64,000 bases of DNA from an uncultured Flavobacteriaceae bacterium (GTDB taxonomy: Bacteria; Bacteroidota; Bacteroidia; Flavobacteriales; Flavobacteriaceae), in NCBI GenBank assembly GCA_913061125.1, contig CAJXUB010000007.1, forward strand, positions 37 to 64,036, read 5' to 3'. Below, piece by piece: positions 1 to 10,349 of the stretch. The position numbers and the translations under genes are program-made. Below the pieces are notes generated by a model, which was not told where the DNA came from, did no database searches, and saw only the letters and a program-made list of their open reading frames with translations. Position 1 is the stretch's first letter. The number at the start of each line of letters is the position of its first letter.

Positions 1-2
1 TT

Positions 3-1520
3 GAAGCCACCGCTTCTTTAGACGAAGTCGGCACAGTACTCACTGTTGGGGATGGTATTGTTCGCGCCTACGGATTGTCCAATGCACAGTATGGCGAATT
101 GGTTCAATTTGATGGCGGTCTTGAAGGAATCGTATTAAACCTTGAAGAAGACAATGTTGGAATTGTACTTTTGGGAGCTTCGAAAGCAGTAACCGAAGGT
201 TCAACTGTTAAGCGAACAGGTCGAATTGCTTCAATCAATGTAGGCGAAGGCATTGTTGGGCGTGTTGTTGATACCCTTGGAGCCCCAATTGATGGTAAAG
301 GCCCAATTGAGGGCGATTTGTATGAAATGCCATTGGAAAGAAAAGCCCCAGGGGTTGTGTTTCGTGAGCCGGTTACAGAGCCACTTCAAACTGGAATCAA
401 GTCCATTGACGCCATGATCCCTGTTGGTCGTGGGCAGCGCGAGCTGGTGATTGGTGACCGTCAAACTGGTAAAACAACGGTTTGTATTGATACCATCTTA
501 AATCAAAAAGAATTTTACGATGCTGGAGAGCCCGTGTATTGTATCTATGTTGCGGTTGGACAAAAAGCGTCTACAGTAGCTAACATTGCAAAAACATTAG
601 AAGACAGAGGGGCTTTGGCCTATACCACAATTGTAGCCGCTAACGCATCAGATCCAGCGCCAATGCAGGTTTACGCACCATTTGCTGGTGCTGCCATTGG
701 CGAATATTTTCGAGATACTGGTCGTCCAGCACTAATCATTTACGATGATTTATCCAAACAAGCTGTGGCCTACCGTGAGGTGTCGCTTTTGCTTCGTCGT
801 CCACCAGGGCGTGAGGCCTACCCTGGAGATGTATTCTACTTGCACTCCCGTTTGCTCGAACGTTCTGCGAAAGTGATTAATGACGATACAATTGCAAAAG
901 ACATGAACGATTTACCAGAGGCCTTAAAACCAATGGTAAAAGGCGGCGGTTCTTTAACAGCACTTCCAATCATCGAAACTCAAGCAGGAGATGTCTCGGC
1001 TTATATTCCTACCAATGTAATTTCAATTACGGATGGACAAATTTTCTTGGATGGCGATTTATTTAATTCCGGGGTACGTCCTGCTATTAATGTGGGTATT
1101 TCGGTATCACGTGTGGGGGGTAGCGCACAAATTAAATCCATGAAAAAAGTATCAGGAACGTTGAAATTAGACCAAGCGCAATTCCGTGAATTGGAGGCCT
1201 TTGCAAAATTTGGTTCCGACTTGGATGCCGTAACGCTTAACGTTATTGAAAAAGGTAAGCGTAACGTAGAAATATTAAAACAAGCACAAAATGATCCTTA
1301 TACAGTAGAAGATCAAATTGCAATAATTTATGCAGGATCAAAAAACTTGTTGCGCAACGTTCCAGTCAATAAAGTTAAAGAATTTGAATCCGAATATATC
1401 GAATTCCTAAAAGCCAAACACAGCGATGCTTTAGCCACACTAAAATCGGGTAAACTAACCGATGAGGTTACCGATACTTTGACAAAAGTTGCCCAAGATT
1501 TGGCCGCCAAGTATAACTAA
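3..1520 (+). CDS. atpA: F0F1 ATP synthase subunit alpha (5' partial, continues upstream of window)
   Basis: The frame is open from the window edge. Translation upstream of the track start reads [25 protein letters not shown]. Walker A motif GDRQTGKT and typical AtpA core sequence are present. Confidence 0.95.
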   Translation, partial: EATASLDEVGTVLTVGDGIVRAYGLSNAQYGELVQFDGGLEGIVLNLEEDNVGIVLLGASKAVTEGSTVKRTGRIASINVGEGIVGRVVDTLGAPIDGKGPIEGDLYEMPLERKAPGVVFREPVTEPLQTGIKSIDAMIPVGRGQRELVIGDRQTGKTTVCIDTILNQKEFYDAGEPVYCIYVAVGQKASTVANIAKTLEDRGALAYTTIVAANASDPAPMQVYAPFAGAAIGEYFRDTGRPALIIYDDLSKQAVAYREVSLLLRRPPGREAYPGDVFYLHSRLLERSAKVINDDTIAKDMNDLPEALKPMVKGGGSLTALPIIETQAGDVSAYIPTNVISITDGQIFLDGDLFNSGVRPAINVGISVSRVGGSAQIKSMKKVSGTLKLDQAQFRELEAFAKFGSDLDAVTLNVIEKGKRNVEILKQAQNDPYTVEDQIAIIYAGSKNLLRNVPVNKVKEFESEYIEFLKAKHSDALATLKSGKLTDEVTDTLTKVAQDLAAKYN

Positions 1521-1547
1521 TTTTAAATTGAATAACGAATTTAAAAG

Positions 1548-2405
1548 ATGGCAAATTTAAAAGAAATAAGAAATAGAATTTCATCGGTATCCTCTACGAT
1601 GCAAATCACGAGTGCCATGAAAATGGTTTCTGCCGCAAAGTTGAAAAAAGCCCAGGATGCCATCACAGCCATGCGGCCGTATGCCGATAAGCTCACCGAG
1701 TTACTTCAGAATCTAAGCGCCACCTTGGACGCCGATAGTGGAAGTAAATTTGCAGAGCAACGCGAGGTAAAAACCGTTCTTATTGTTGCCATCACTTCGA
1801 ACAGAGGGTTGTGTGGGGCGTTTAACGCCAACATTATTAAGCAAACCAACCTTTTGGCAAAAAGCCACGCAGATAAAAAAGTTTCTGTTGTAGCAATTGG
1901 TAAAAAAGCCAATGACGCTCTTTCAAAAGATTATGAAGTATTATCTAATGAAAGTGCTGTTTTTGATGACCTAACTTTCGACAATGTGGCACAAATTGCG
2001 GAGCGGTTAATGCAAAAATTTCATGACGGAAGTGCAGATAAAATTGAATTGGTTTACAACAAATTCAAAAATGCCGCCACCCAGATTGTCACAACAGAAC
2101 AATTTTTACCAATTGTTCCAAGTTCCGAAGGGACTAATGCTAACCAAGACTATATTTTTGAACCTTCAAAAGTGGAGATTGTAGAAACATTAATTCCAAA
2201 ATCGTTAAAAACCCAATTGTTTAAAGCCATTCGAGACAGTTTTGCCAGTGAACATGGCGCACGAATGACCGCCATGCATAAAGCAACCGACAACGCTACA
2301 GAACTTAGAGATCAATTAAAATTGACCTATAATAAAGCACGACAAGCGGCTATTACCAATGAAATTTTAGAAATTGTTGGGGGTGCTGAAGCTTTGAACA
2401 ATTAA
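1548..2405 (+). CDS. atpG: F0F1 ATP synthase subunit gamma
   Basis: N-terminus MANLKEIRNRISSVSSTMQITSAMKMVSAAKL and C-terminus ITNEILEIVGGAEAL are canonical gamma subunit. The gene directly follows atpA. Confidence 0.93.
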   Translation: MANLKEIRNRISSVSSTMQITSAMKMVSAAKLKKAQDAITAMRPYADKLTELLQNLSATLDADSGSKFAEQREVKTVLIVAITSNRGLCGAFNANIIKQTNLLAKSHADKKVSVVAIGKKANDALSKDYEVLSNESAVFDDLTFDNVAQIAERLMQKFHDGSADKIELVYNKFKNAATQIVTTEQFLPIVPSSEGTNANQDYIFEPSKVEIVETLIPKSLKTQLFKAIRDSFASEHGARMTAMHKATDNATELRDQLKLTYNKARQAAITNEILEIVGGAEALNN

Positions 2406-2427
2406 AATAGTATTAAAAACAGTTATA

Positions 2428-2455
2428 AAGCCTCGCAGATGCGGGGCTTTTTTAT
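2428..2455 (+). terminator. Rho-independent terminator after atpG
   Basis: Hairpin GCCTCGC-agat-GCGGGGC (one wobble pair) followed by a T run. Confidence 0.7.
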
Positions 2456-2483
2456 GGAACGAAATTTGATACAATAGTAAAAG

Positions 2484-2987
2484 ATGAAATTTAAATTTTT
2501 CGACATAGTGTTGTTATTAATAGTTATTTTGATGAGTTGTAAAAGCATTGAACCCTCTAAGTTTCAATCGGATGATTCGTTTCAAATCGAGGGCCCATAT
2601 TACGAGGCCTGGACCGCAGGTGTGCGAGGTGGAGGGAGTGGGATTAATGTCTTTTTACCCCTTAAAGACCTCAACGGCATAACCCCAGACAGCATTCATT
2701 TTAGGGGCCAGCGCGTCAAAGCAGTCTATGACCATCAGCATATTGTTGGACGGTTTCAGACCCCTCACAACCAACCCCAGGATGTCATTATGAGTCATAA
2801 ACCGCTGGCTGAAGCCAACAATCAACTTTTGCCCATCGAGGACCCCTCGCCATTTGAGTTGGACGAAAACAGTTGTGTGTTGAGCTACATCCGCCAACAG
2901 AAGCGGTACTATTCTAAAATTAAGAACTTAAAAAAGCGTCGGGCTGTTCCGCATCCCGCTGCGCCACCTTCCCCCTCAAAACCCTAA
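2484..2987 (+). CDS. Hypothetical lipoprotein with proline-rich C-terminal tail
   Basis: Signal peptide with lipobox-like LMSC. No family recognised. Coding-like ORF in an otherwise empty interval. Confidence 0.55.
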   Translation: MKFKFFDIVLLLIVILMSCKSIEPSKFQSDDSFQIEGPYYEAWTAGVRGGGSGINVFLPLKDLNGITPDSIHFRGQRVKAVYDHQHIVGRFQTPHNQPQDVIMSHKPLAEANNQLLPIEDPSPFELDENSCVLSYIRQQKRYYSKIKNLKKRRAVPHPAAPPSPSKP

Positions 2988-3042
2988 TTATTTATTGTAT
3001 ATGGGTTAAAAAGTGTATTTTTAAGGTCATAAAACAGCAAAT

Positions 3043-4503
3043 TTGACTCGCCTTAAAACGCTTTACAAACAAACTTTTATTTACGGTCTAGCAACCGTAG
3101 TGCCCAAAATGCTTAGCTTTTTGCTGGTGCGTTTACATACCGATAAATCCGTTCTCGAAAATGTTGCCGATTACGGCGATGTCTCTCTAATTTTTGCCTA
3201 TTTTGTTTTGTTTAACGTGCTGTTAGCTTATGGAATGGAAACGGCTTTTTTTCGATTTTTTAACAGCAACGAAAATAAAGAAACTGTGCTGAGTACCTCG
3301 GCCATATCGTTACTTTTGACCTCGACATTGGTTTTAGTTTTTGGCTATGTCTTTAGAGGTCACATTTCAGATTTAACCCATATTGATACCGACTATATTG
3401 TATTGGTTCTTTGGATTTTATTTTTAGACGCCTTGGTCATTATTCCCTTTGCCTACCTGAGAGCTTTAGGCAAACCCATTACATATACCGTGGTAAAACT
3501 CATCAATGTTGTTTTAAATTTAGGACTAAATGTTGTATTGCTGCTATTTTTAAATTCGTGGGCAGAGTCATCGTCGTTTTGGGCTCAATGGTATCAGCCC
3601 AATTTTGAAGTCCATTATATTTTTATTGCCAATTTGGTGGCCAGTGCAGCTACCCTAATCTTATTGATTCCGTTTTATTTCAAATTGAATTATAGATTTA
3701 AAACTGCGCTTTGGAAGCAAATGCTGCGTTATGCTGTTCCAGTACTTGTGGCTGGTGTGGCTTTTTCAATCAATGAAACGTTTGACCGTATTATGTTGGA
3801 ACGACTGCTGCCCGAAAACCTCTCTAAAGAAGCCATTGGAACCTATTCGGCGTGTTATAAACTGGCGTTGTTTATGACCCTTTTTGCCACGGCATATCGA
3901 TTGGGAATTGAACCCTTCTTTTTCAGTAATGCTAAGGATAAAGACGCCAAAATGAACTACGCCAAGATCCTTGAATTTTTTGTTATTTTTGGAGCCCTTA
4001 TTTTACTCGTAGTTGTAGTTTTTGTAGATGTGTTAAAGTTAATTTTAATTCCTAACGAGGCCTATTGGGATGCGATGGCTGTGGTGCCAATTTTATTATT
4101 AGCGTATTTATTTTTGGGGGTTTATCACAACTTATCCGTTTGGTATAAAGTTACAGATCGAACCAACTATGGGGCTTACATTTCAATAATTGGAGCCTTA
4201 ATTACATTAGGCATCAACATTCTATTTATTCCGACTTATGGTTATATGGCCTCAGCCGTAGCCACGCTTTTGGCCTATGCTGTCATGGCTAGTATTTCCT
4301 ATGGTTTGGGGCAACAGCACTATGCCATTCCTTACAATGTAAGAAAAATTGGACTATATATTTCTTTATCTGTGGTCTTATCAGGGCTTTCGTTTTACTA
4401 CTTCCGCGAAAACTACTTGGTAGGAATTTTTCTTATAGCCGTATTATTGGGAATCATTTGGTTCAAAGAAAAATCAATGCTCAAACAACTTATAAAGTCT
4501 TAA
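3043..4503 (+). CDS. Polysaccharide biosynthesis / oligosaccharide flippase family membrane protein (MOP superfamily)
   Basis: 486 aa and highly hydrophobic with multiple TM segments. The N-terminus LKTLYKQTFIYGLATVVPKMLSFLLVRLHT is typical of Wzx/MurJ-like proteins. TTG start; there is no in-frame ATG upstream. Confidence 0.75.
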   Translation: MTRLKTLYKQTFIYGLATVVPKMLSFLLVRLHTDKSVLENVADYGDVSLIFAYFVLFNVLLAYGMETAFFRFFNSNENKETVLSTSAISLLLTSTLVLVFGYVFRGHISDLTHIDTDYIVLVLWILFLDALVIIPFAYLRALGKPITYTVVKLINVVLNLGLNVVLLLFLNSWAESSSFWAQWYQPNFEVHYIFIANLVASAATLILLIPFYFKLNYRFKTALWKQMLRYAVPVLVAGVAFSINETFDRIMLERLLPENLSKEAIGTYSACYKLALFMTLFATAYRLGIEPFFFSNAKDKDAKMNYAKILEFFVIFGALILLVVVVFVDVLKLILIPNEAYWDAMAVVPILLLAYLFLGVYHNLSVWYKVTDRTNYGAYISIIGALITLGINILFIPTYGYMASAVATLLAYAVMASISYGLGQQHYAIPYNVRKIGLYISLSVVLSGLSFYYFRENYLVGIFLIAVLLGIIWFKEKSMLKQLIKS

Positions 4504-4506
4504 ATT

Positions 4507-4941
4507 ATGGAGATAAACATCATAAATACTTCAACCCACGACTTGCCCCACTACGAAACTGAGGCATCAGCAGGGATGGATTTGCGGGCCAACATCCAAA
4601 CTGACATTGAGCTCAAACCCATGCAACGCACCATTATTCCAACAGGGCTGTACATAGAACTTCCCATGGGTTACGAAGCTCAAGTCCGACCCCGGAGCGG
4701 ATTGGCCGCCAAGCACGGCCTCACTGTACTGAATAGCCCTGGAACCATTGATGCCGATTATCGAGGAGAAATAGGGGTGATTTTAATTAATTTATCAGAG
4801 GATGTCTTTACAATAAAAAACGGAGAACGTGTTGCGCAACTGGTCATTGCAAAACACGAACGTGCGGCGTGGAATGAAGTCGAAACCCTATCAGAAACCA
4901 ACCGAGGCCAAGGCGGTTTCGGAAGCACAGGACGCCAATGA
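4507..4941 (+). CDS. dut: dUTP diphosphatase
   Basis: Motifs [24 protein letters not shown] and GFGSTG. Confidence 0.95.
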   Translation: MEINIINTSTHDLPHYETEASAGMDLRANIQTDIELKPMQRTIIPTGLYIELPMGYEAQVRPRSGLAAKHGLTVLNSPGTIDADYRGEIGVILINLSEDVFTIKNGERVAQLVIAKHERAAWNEVETLSETNRGQGGFGSTGRQ

Positions 4942-6275
4942 TTCCAAAAATTGCTATAACACTTCTTTGGTGCTTTAACACCCTATTGGCACAGCCAATC
5001 AAGGATTCGCTCGCGATACAGAATTCTGCCAAAGAGCAGTTTCAGAACTATTTTTATGAGGGACTAAAACAAAAAGGCATCGAAAATTATGATAAAGCCA
5101 TAACCTCCTTTGTTCAGTGTGCTGATTTATTCCCAAATCGAGCCGTGGTGTGGTACGAATTAGGCGATCTTTATTTTAAAACAAAATCGTATGCTCGTGC
5201 CGAAAATAATTTGCAAAAAGCTATGGCGCTGGACCAAAATAATTTTTGGTACAAAGAAAAATTATACCACCTCTATATTGATCAAAAAGCGTACGATAAA
5301 GCGATTAAAACGGTCAAGATGCTGCTGTATAAACACCAAGATTATGAAGACGATTTGGTTAATCTTTACACTGAAACGAGCCGTTTTGATGAGGCCATAA
5401 AGCAAATAAATCTGATGGACGACCGCTACGGCTACACTCCTCAACGCGACCGAACTCGTGTTGATATTTACAAGCGAACAAATAACGCAAAAGCGCATTT
5501 GGATTTTTTGGAAGACCGACTTAAAAGTGAACCGGATAACCCCAAAAATTTCCTCAATCTTATCTACGCACAGAGTCGATATGATTTACAGAATCAGGCC
5601 TTTAAAACTGCCGAGGATTTTTTGGCTAAACATCCTAAATCTCATGCCGTTCATGTGGGGTTATATAAATTTTATTTGGAAGCCAGACAGTATGACAAAG
5701 CCATAAGATCTTTGAAAATTGTAACAGGAAGTAACATTTTAGAACCTCAAATTAAGCTTAAGGTTTTACGTGATTTCATGGCCTTTGTTAAAGAACATCC
5801 TGAATATCAAACGGTATTGTTGGACCTTGAACCAGCGGAATCGTTAGACCTCTCAGAGCGTTCAAATTTAGAATGGGCAGAGTACTATCAACAAAAAAAC
5901 AATCCAGAGAAAGCCATACTCTATTTCGAAAAAACAGCAGTAGAATTTCCTGAAAATTTAAATGCGATTAAGACCCTGGCAAAGCTCTATTTGGAGTCTA
6001 AACATTATGACCGTGCGGTTGCGTTTACAACCTCAAAACTGGAGTTGTACCCGACCCAACTGGAGCTGTATATTGTGTACGGCAAATCTCAGATAGCCCT
6101 AAACAATGGAGATGAGGCCACAGAATTATTGGAGCAGGGGTTGGATTTTATTTTTGAAAAATCCGACACCGCAGAGCAATATTATTCGGTAATGGTCGAT
6201 CTTTACAACGCAACAAACAATATTGAAAAAGCCAAGGCGTTTATCAATAAAATAAAAACGCTTCAATCCGAATGA
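4938..6275 (+). CDS. Tetratricopeptide repeat protein
   Basis: N-terminal signal-like segment followed by repeated TPR-like helical pairs (for example [31 protein letters not shown]). 4-nt overlap with dut. Confidence 0.75.
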   Translation: MIPKIAITLLWCFNTLLAQPIKDSLAIQNSAKEQFQNYFYEGLKQKGIENYDKAITSFVQCADLFPNRAVVWYELGDLYFKTKSYARAENNLQKAMALDQNNFWYKEKLYHLYIDQKAYDKAIKTVKMLLYKHQDYEDDLVNLYTETSRFDEAIKQINLMDDRYGYTPQRDRTRVDIYKRTNNAKAHLDFLEDRLKSEPDNPKNFLNLIYAQSRYDLQNQAFKTAEDFLAKHPKSHAVHVGLYKFYLEARQYDKAIRSLKIVTGSNILEPQIKLKVLRDFMAFVKEHPEYQTVLLDLEPAESLDLSERSNLEWAEYYQQKNNPEKAILYFEKTAVEFPENLNAIKTLAKLYLESKHYDRAVAFTTSKLELYPTQLELYIVYGKSQIALNNGDEATELLEQGLDFIFEKSDTAEQYYSVMVDLYNATNNIEKAKAFINKIKTLQSE

Positions 6276-7036
6276 AACGACTACTCATATTAATATTATT
6301 TTTCTTGATTGCTGTTGGTTGCAAGAGCACAAAATCGTTAAGCGGCGAGGCGGTTTTAAACCCAAAACTCAAAGCCAAACAAATTCTTAAAATTCACAAT
6401 AAACAAAAGACCAATTTTACCACCCTTCAAGCACGACTTAAACTGGACTTAACAGATGGAGACAAGTCCCAAGCACACACCGTAACCCTTCGCATGGAAC
6501 GGGATAAAACGATTTGGATCAATGCGTTTTTAAATATGGTTCGATTTAAAATCACCCCGCAGCGGGTTTCCATGTACAATAAACTTAACAAGACCTACTT
6601 TGAAGGCGATTTTGCTTTGATAAATGATTTTCTTGGGGTTGATTTGGATTTCAATAATCTCCAAAATTTGTTGTTGGCTGAACTCACTTTTTCACACAAA
6701 CCAAACCGTTTGCAGAAACAAAATTACAAGACCTCCTATCGGCTAAGCCCCAAAAAACAACATCCATTTTATGAGATTTTTTATTTTGTAAATCCAAAAT
6801 ATTTTAAATTAGATGGGGTGGAACTTTCTCAGACAACGACAAACAGAGCGTTGCAGGTTGATTACCAAACCTTTCAGGCAGTTGATCAACAAATTATTCC
6901 TCAACAAATGACCATACGTGTGACCGAAGGCCAAGACCAGATGACACTGAAAATGAATTTAAAATCAGTCAGCTTGAACCAACCCCTACGATTTCCATTT
7001 AAATTACCATCGGGGTACAAACCTATAGAATTATAA
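6272..7036 (+). CDS. DUF4292-like outer membrane lipoprotein (LolB-like fold)
   Basis: Lipoprotein signal LIAVGCKS. It occupies the conserved Bacteroidota position between a TPR gene and an M23 peptidase. The family call is from memory. Confidence 0.6.
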   Translation: MKRLLILILFFLIAVGCKSTKSLSGEAVLNPKLKAKQILKIHNKQKTNFTTLQARLKLDLTDGDKSQAHTVTLRMERDKTIWINAFLNMVRFKITPQRVSMYNKLNKTYFEGDFALINDFLGVDLDFNNLQNLLLAELTFSHKPNRLQKQNYKTSYRLSPKKQHPFYEIFYFVNPKYFKLDGVELSQTTTNRALQVDYQTFQAVDQQIIPQQMTIRVTEGQDQMTLKMNLKSVSLNQPLRFPFKLPSGYKPIEL

Positions 7037-8262
7037 TGCGTATTACCCATCGTTTTTTAATAGTATCGTTTATGATTTTAGCTATGGGCTCATGGGAAGC
7101 TCAGGCCCAGAGCAAACGCCAATTGCAACTGGAAGAACGCCGCAGAGAGTTGCAACAAGAGATTCGTCAAATTACGAAACTATTGTTTGCAGGGCGGCAA
7201 GAAAAAAAATCTGTAATAAGTGCTGTTGAGGATTTAAATTATAAAATTAGTGTTCGTAAAAACCTGATTCGAATTACCAACGAACAAGCGAATCTTTTGA
7301 GCCGAGAAATCAATGAAAACCAAAACAAGATTTCTAAAAAACGACAAAAACTTAAGGACTTAAAAGACGAATATGCAGCCATGATCGTTCGGTCATACAA
7401 GAATAGAACCCGCGCCAATAAGCTCATGTTTTTGCTTTCTGCGCAAAATTTTCAACAGGCCTACAGAAGATTGGAATACATTAAACAATATGCTGAATAT
7501 CAAAATCAGCAGGCTCGAGTTATTAAGCAACAAACCGAGGAATTGCAACGGTTAAATCAAGATTTATTACGTCAAAAACAAGACAAAGAAAAACTGGTTG
7601 CTGAAAATAAGGCAGCTAAAAAAGTACTGGACGAGGAGCTCAAAAATCAGCAGGAATTGGTGGCGTCTATTCAAAGTAATTTATCCAAATTTTCAGCTCA
7701 AATACGAACCAAACAAAAAGAATCGGAGAAGTTGGATCGCGAAATTCAGAAGTTAATTCGAGACGCTATTGCGGCGTCAAATAAAAAGGCGGGGCGCTCA
7801 GCAAAATCGGCAACTTTTTCGCTTACGCCAGAACAGAAACTATTGGCTGCTAATTTTATGGCTAACAAAGGAAAATTACCTTGGCCAGTTGCGAGCGGAG
7901 TGGTCAAATTACGTTATGGAACGAACCCATCGCCTATTGATCCTAAGATTAAAATTAAAAGCAACGGGGTCCGAATCGCGACGAATAAAGGCGAGCAAGT
8001 TCGTGCCGTATTTAAGGGAACCGTACAAGGAATTATGACCCCAAAAAATGGAAATAACGCCATTATGATTCGTCACGGAAATTACATCACGGTGTATAAA
8101 AATCTGTCCAAATTTTATGTGAGTAAAGGCGATAAAGTTGATACCAAACAAGTGATTGGGGAAGTCATTACCAGCAAAGCATCAGGCGAATCTATTTTGA
8201 GTTTTGGAATTTATAAAGACAGTTCCATTCAGAATCCCTCCCATTGGATTTATAAGCTGTAA
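7036..8262 (+). CDS. M23 family peptidase / murein hydrolase activator EnvC-like
   Basis: Signal peptide, a long coiled-coil rich in Q/E/K, and a C-terminal LytM-like domain (GKLPWPV ... IRHGNYITVYKNL ... GDKVDTKQVIGEV). Confidence 0.85.
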   Translation: MRITHRFLIVSFMILAMGSWEAQAQSKRQLQLEERRRELQQEIRQITKLLFAGRQEKKSVISAVEDLNYKISVRKNLIRITNEQANLLSREINENQNKISKKRQKLKDLKDEYAAMIVRSYKNRTRANKLMFLLSAQNFQQAYRRLEYIKQYAEYQNQQARVIKQQTEELQRLNQDLLRQKQDKEKLVAENKAAKKVLDEELKNQQELVASIQSNLSKFSAQIRTKQKESEKLDREIQKLIRDAIAASNKKAGRSAKSATFSLTPEQKLLAANFMANKGKLPWPVASGVVKLRYGTNPSPIDPKIKIKSNGVRIATNKGEQVRAVFKGTVQGIMTPKNGNNAIMIRHGNYITVYKNLSKFYVSKGDKVDTKQVIGEVITSKASGESILSFGIYKDSSIQNPSHWIYKL

Positions 8263-8263
8263 C

Positions 8264-8782
8264 TTAGTTGGTGTTTTTAAATAACGCTTTGAGTTCAGTG
8301 GCGTCTTCAGCGTTCAATTTCCCTGCCAAAACTAAACTTAACTGACGTCGCCGTAGCGCTCCTTCAAAACGGTTTTGCTCTTGTTCACTTTCTGGAATGA
8401 GCTCAGGAATACGCACCGGTTTACCAACCTCATCGACAGCTACAAATGTAAAAATAGCTTCATTGGCTTTAATAGGGGTATTAAAATGATTGTCTGTGTA
8501 CCACACATCTAAATAAACTTCCATAGAGCTTTTAAAAGCCCGAGATACTTTGGCCTCAATAGTTACAATGCTTCCAAGGGGTATGGCATGATTAAACGCT
8601 ACGTGGTTGACAGAAGCAGTAACCACCACGCGTTCCGAATGACGCTGTGCTGTAATGCTAGCCGCACGATCCATACGCGCCAATAGCTCACCCCCAAAGA
8701 GTGTGTTGATGGCGTTTGTTTCGCTGGGTAAAACCAAATCTGTAACTGTGGTTTTGGAGTCGGATGGGTGTTTTGCAGTCAT
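8264..8782 (-). CDS. Acyl-CoA thioesterase (hotdog fold, YciA/BFIT-like)
   Basis: NTLFGGELLARMDRAA ... VTASVNHVAFNHAIPLGSIV is typical of acyl-CoA thioester hydrolases. Confidence 0.85.
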   Translation of the reverse strand: MTAKHPSDSKTTVTDLVLPSETNAINTLFGGELLARMDRAASITAQRHSERVVVTASVNHVAFNHAIPLGSIVTIEAKVSRAFKSSMEVYLDVWYTDNHFNTPIKANEAIFTFVAVDEVGKPVRIPELIPESEQEQNRFEGALRRRQLSLVLAGKLNAEDATELKALFKNTN

Positions 8783-8794
8783 TAGGATTTAAAT

Positions 8795-8944
8795 CTATAA
8801 GGCAAAGTTACAATTATTAGTTATACTTTTTTTTGGCCGATTAAATTTATGGGTTATCAGCATTATCGCAATCACGAAATAAGCCGCGGGCAACATCCAT
8901 TTTGGAATCAAATTTTCAACAAAAAGTGATAGAAAAATAACCAC
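8795..8944 (-). CDS. Possible small two-TM membrane protein (start uncertain; frame open up to 9016)
   Basis: Hand translation gives (SKIKTIKKIIAVVSILIA)VVVIFLSLFVENLIPKWMLPAAYFVIAIMLITHKFNRPKK. The only canonical start is GTG at 8944. The ORF ends 12 nt upstream of the thioesterase start. It is below the ORF-track cutoff. Confidence 0.2.
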   Translation of the reverse strand: MVIFLSLFVENLIPKWMLPAAYFVIAIMLITHKFNRPKKSITNNCNFAL

Positions 8945-8991
8945 TACAGCTATTAGGATGGATACAACGGCGATAATTTTTTTAATCGTTT

Positions 8992-9171
8992 TTATTTTAC
9001 TCTCATTAAAAATCCTTCAAAGATAGCACTCAAAGACAGTATCAATAGCGAGATAATTCCAAACATATCACTATTAATAAAACGACTTTGATAAAACTCA
9101 AAACAAACCAATATTAATCCTAAAATGCCGAACGAAATAATTAGATGTTTTATTTTTTTTTGGTTTTTCAA
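8992..9171 (-). CDS. Possible small two-TM membrane protein (59 aa, TTG start)
   Basis: Hand translation gives KNQKKIKHLIISFGILGLILVCFEFYQSRFINSDMFGIISLLILSLSAIFEGFLMRVK. The architecture matches the next ORF. It is one residue below the ORF-track cutoff. Confidence 0.3.
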   Translation of the reverse strand: MKNQKKIKHLIISFGILGLILVCFEFYQSRFINSDMFGIISLLILSLSAIFEGFLMRVK

Positions 9172-9315
9172 GGGGTAAATTTTAGGCGGATTATGAGTCT
9201 AAATTTAAAGGAAATAATTTTTATAAACCAAGACAATGTTTTCCAAAATCATCAGACCTTAGGAGAGGCACTGACAATCAGTATTTTAAAAAAACTTTAA
9301 ATTTAATTCGGAACT

Positions 9316-10251
9316 TTATGGTAACGTTTTAATAAGCAACCAAGCTGCAGGATCTTGAGTTCGTTTGATGCTGAAAAGTGCGCGTTGGGCATCTTGTCGG
9401 TTTTGGTAGCTGTCGTATACCACTTGATGCAAGCCGTAACGGTTTTGACCAATTTTTCGGGCATTAAACCCAAGGCGTTTTAGTTGGCGGAGCTTGCGGT
9501 CGCAGTTGGCCTCAATTCTAAAAGCTCCCGCAACGATGTGGTATTTTCCAACAAAATTTTCAACCTCCAATGTAATGGCAGGCAATGGTGTACTGACCAC
9601 AAAAGTGGCCTCTTGGATTTTTTGACTTAAAGCGACGTTGGCTTCCTCTTGTGCCAAAATATTTTGTTGTTCAATCTGTTGCATATAGGCATTAGACCCC
9701 AAATACCCGCCCAACCCAAGAGCTAAAACTGCAACGGCAGCATATTTTAAAACGGTTGAAGTTTTGCGTTTTCTTGCGGAAAGTGCAATTGGCGCCTTCT
9801 CTTCAAGTGATTCAACCACTTTGAGGTGTTTTTCTCTAGCTATTTCAGGAGATATAAATTGAGCCAACCCAAAGGACTCTGTAAGGTAGTTAATCTCATT
9901 GGATGGCTCAAAAATGAGTTTACCATCAATCAATGATAGGACACCAATACAACCCAATTCTACGGCTTTGTTTTGCTCTAATCGAGTGTTGATATCGCTT
10001 ACATGTTTTGCGATTTTGGCCAAAGCATTGTCGTAAGTAATCTGTTCAACATCAGCAATATGGTTGGCCAAAACACCGTCGTTAGATTGGAGTTTTACAT
10101 TAAACGACAACCGTTTTTTTGGCGGATAAAAAGCGTTTATTTCTTGATTAATTTGTGCCGAAACGGAGTGGGATAAAAAGGCCCCAAAATTGGGCACCAC
10201 AACACAGTCGTATCGGTATAAAAGATCGCTAATGTATTGGTTGAGTTGCAT
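9316..10251 (-). CDS. SPOR domain protein with N-terminal HU/CCDC81-like domain
   Basis: The N-terminus LLYRYDCVVVPNFGAFL resembles an HU-CCDC81 bacterial domain. A central TM segment follows. The C-terminal SPOR-like region reads YHIVAGAFRIEANCDRKLRQLKRLGF. Confidence 0.75.
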   Translation of the reverse strand: MQLNQYISDLLYRYDCVVVPNFGAFLSHSVSAQINQEINAFYPPKKRLSFNVKLQSNDGVLANHIADVEQITYDNALAKIAKHVSDINTRLEQNKAVELGCIGVLSLIDGKLIFEPSNEINYLTESFGLAQFISPEIAREKHLKVVESLEEKAPIALSARKRKTSTVLKYAAVAVLALGLGGYLGSNAYMQQIEQQNILAQEEANVALSQKIQEATFVVSTPLPAITLEVENFVGKYHIVAGAFRIEANCDRKLRQLKRLGFNARKIGQNRYGLHQVVYDSYQNRQDAQRALFSIKRTQDPAAWLLIKTLP

Positions 10252-10349
10252 AAGCTCAAATGTATAAAATTTTTTTTAATTCAAATCGAGACCAACAGAA
10301 GAAGTTCATCGCGTCGAATTTTATATATTTACGTTCCAAATTACCTCGA

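Noticed and set aside
8992-9016. Programmed -1 ribosomal frameshift at GGATTTTTAATG joining the two small hydrophobic ORFs.
   Set aside because: The sequence A-TTT-TTA is not a canonical X-XXY-YYZ heptamer, and I see no downstream stimulatory structure. It is kept only as one of several explanations in the corresponding finding.
10260-10349. N-terminal 30-aa extension of dprA in the ORF track (MYKIFFNSNRDQQKK...).
   Set aside because: The extension starts 9 nt from the divergent SPOR gene start, has no DprA homology, and would consume the shared promoter region. MDLTELHYAMAL is a typical DprA N-terminus. Similar track extensions were trimmed for hemA (30934-30984), gldH (16622-16786), hemJ (33189-33302), the SGNH lipoprotein (39647-39733), the GlgA-like gene (46982-47029), bacilliredoxin (54018-54065), rseP (62082-62105) and paralog A (51952-51975).
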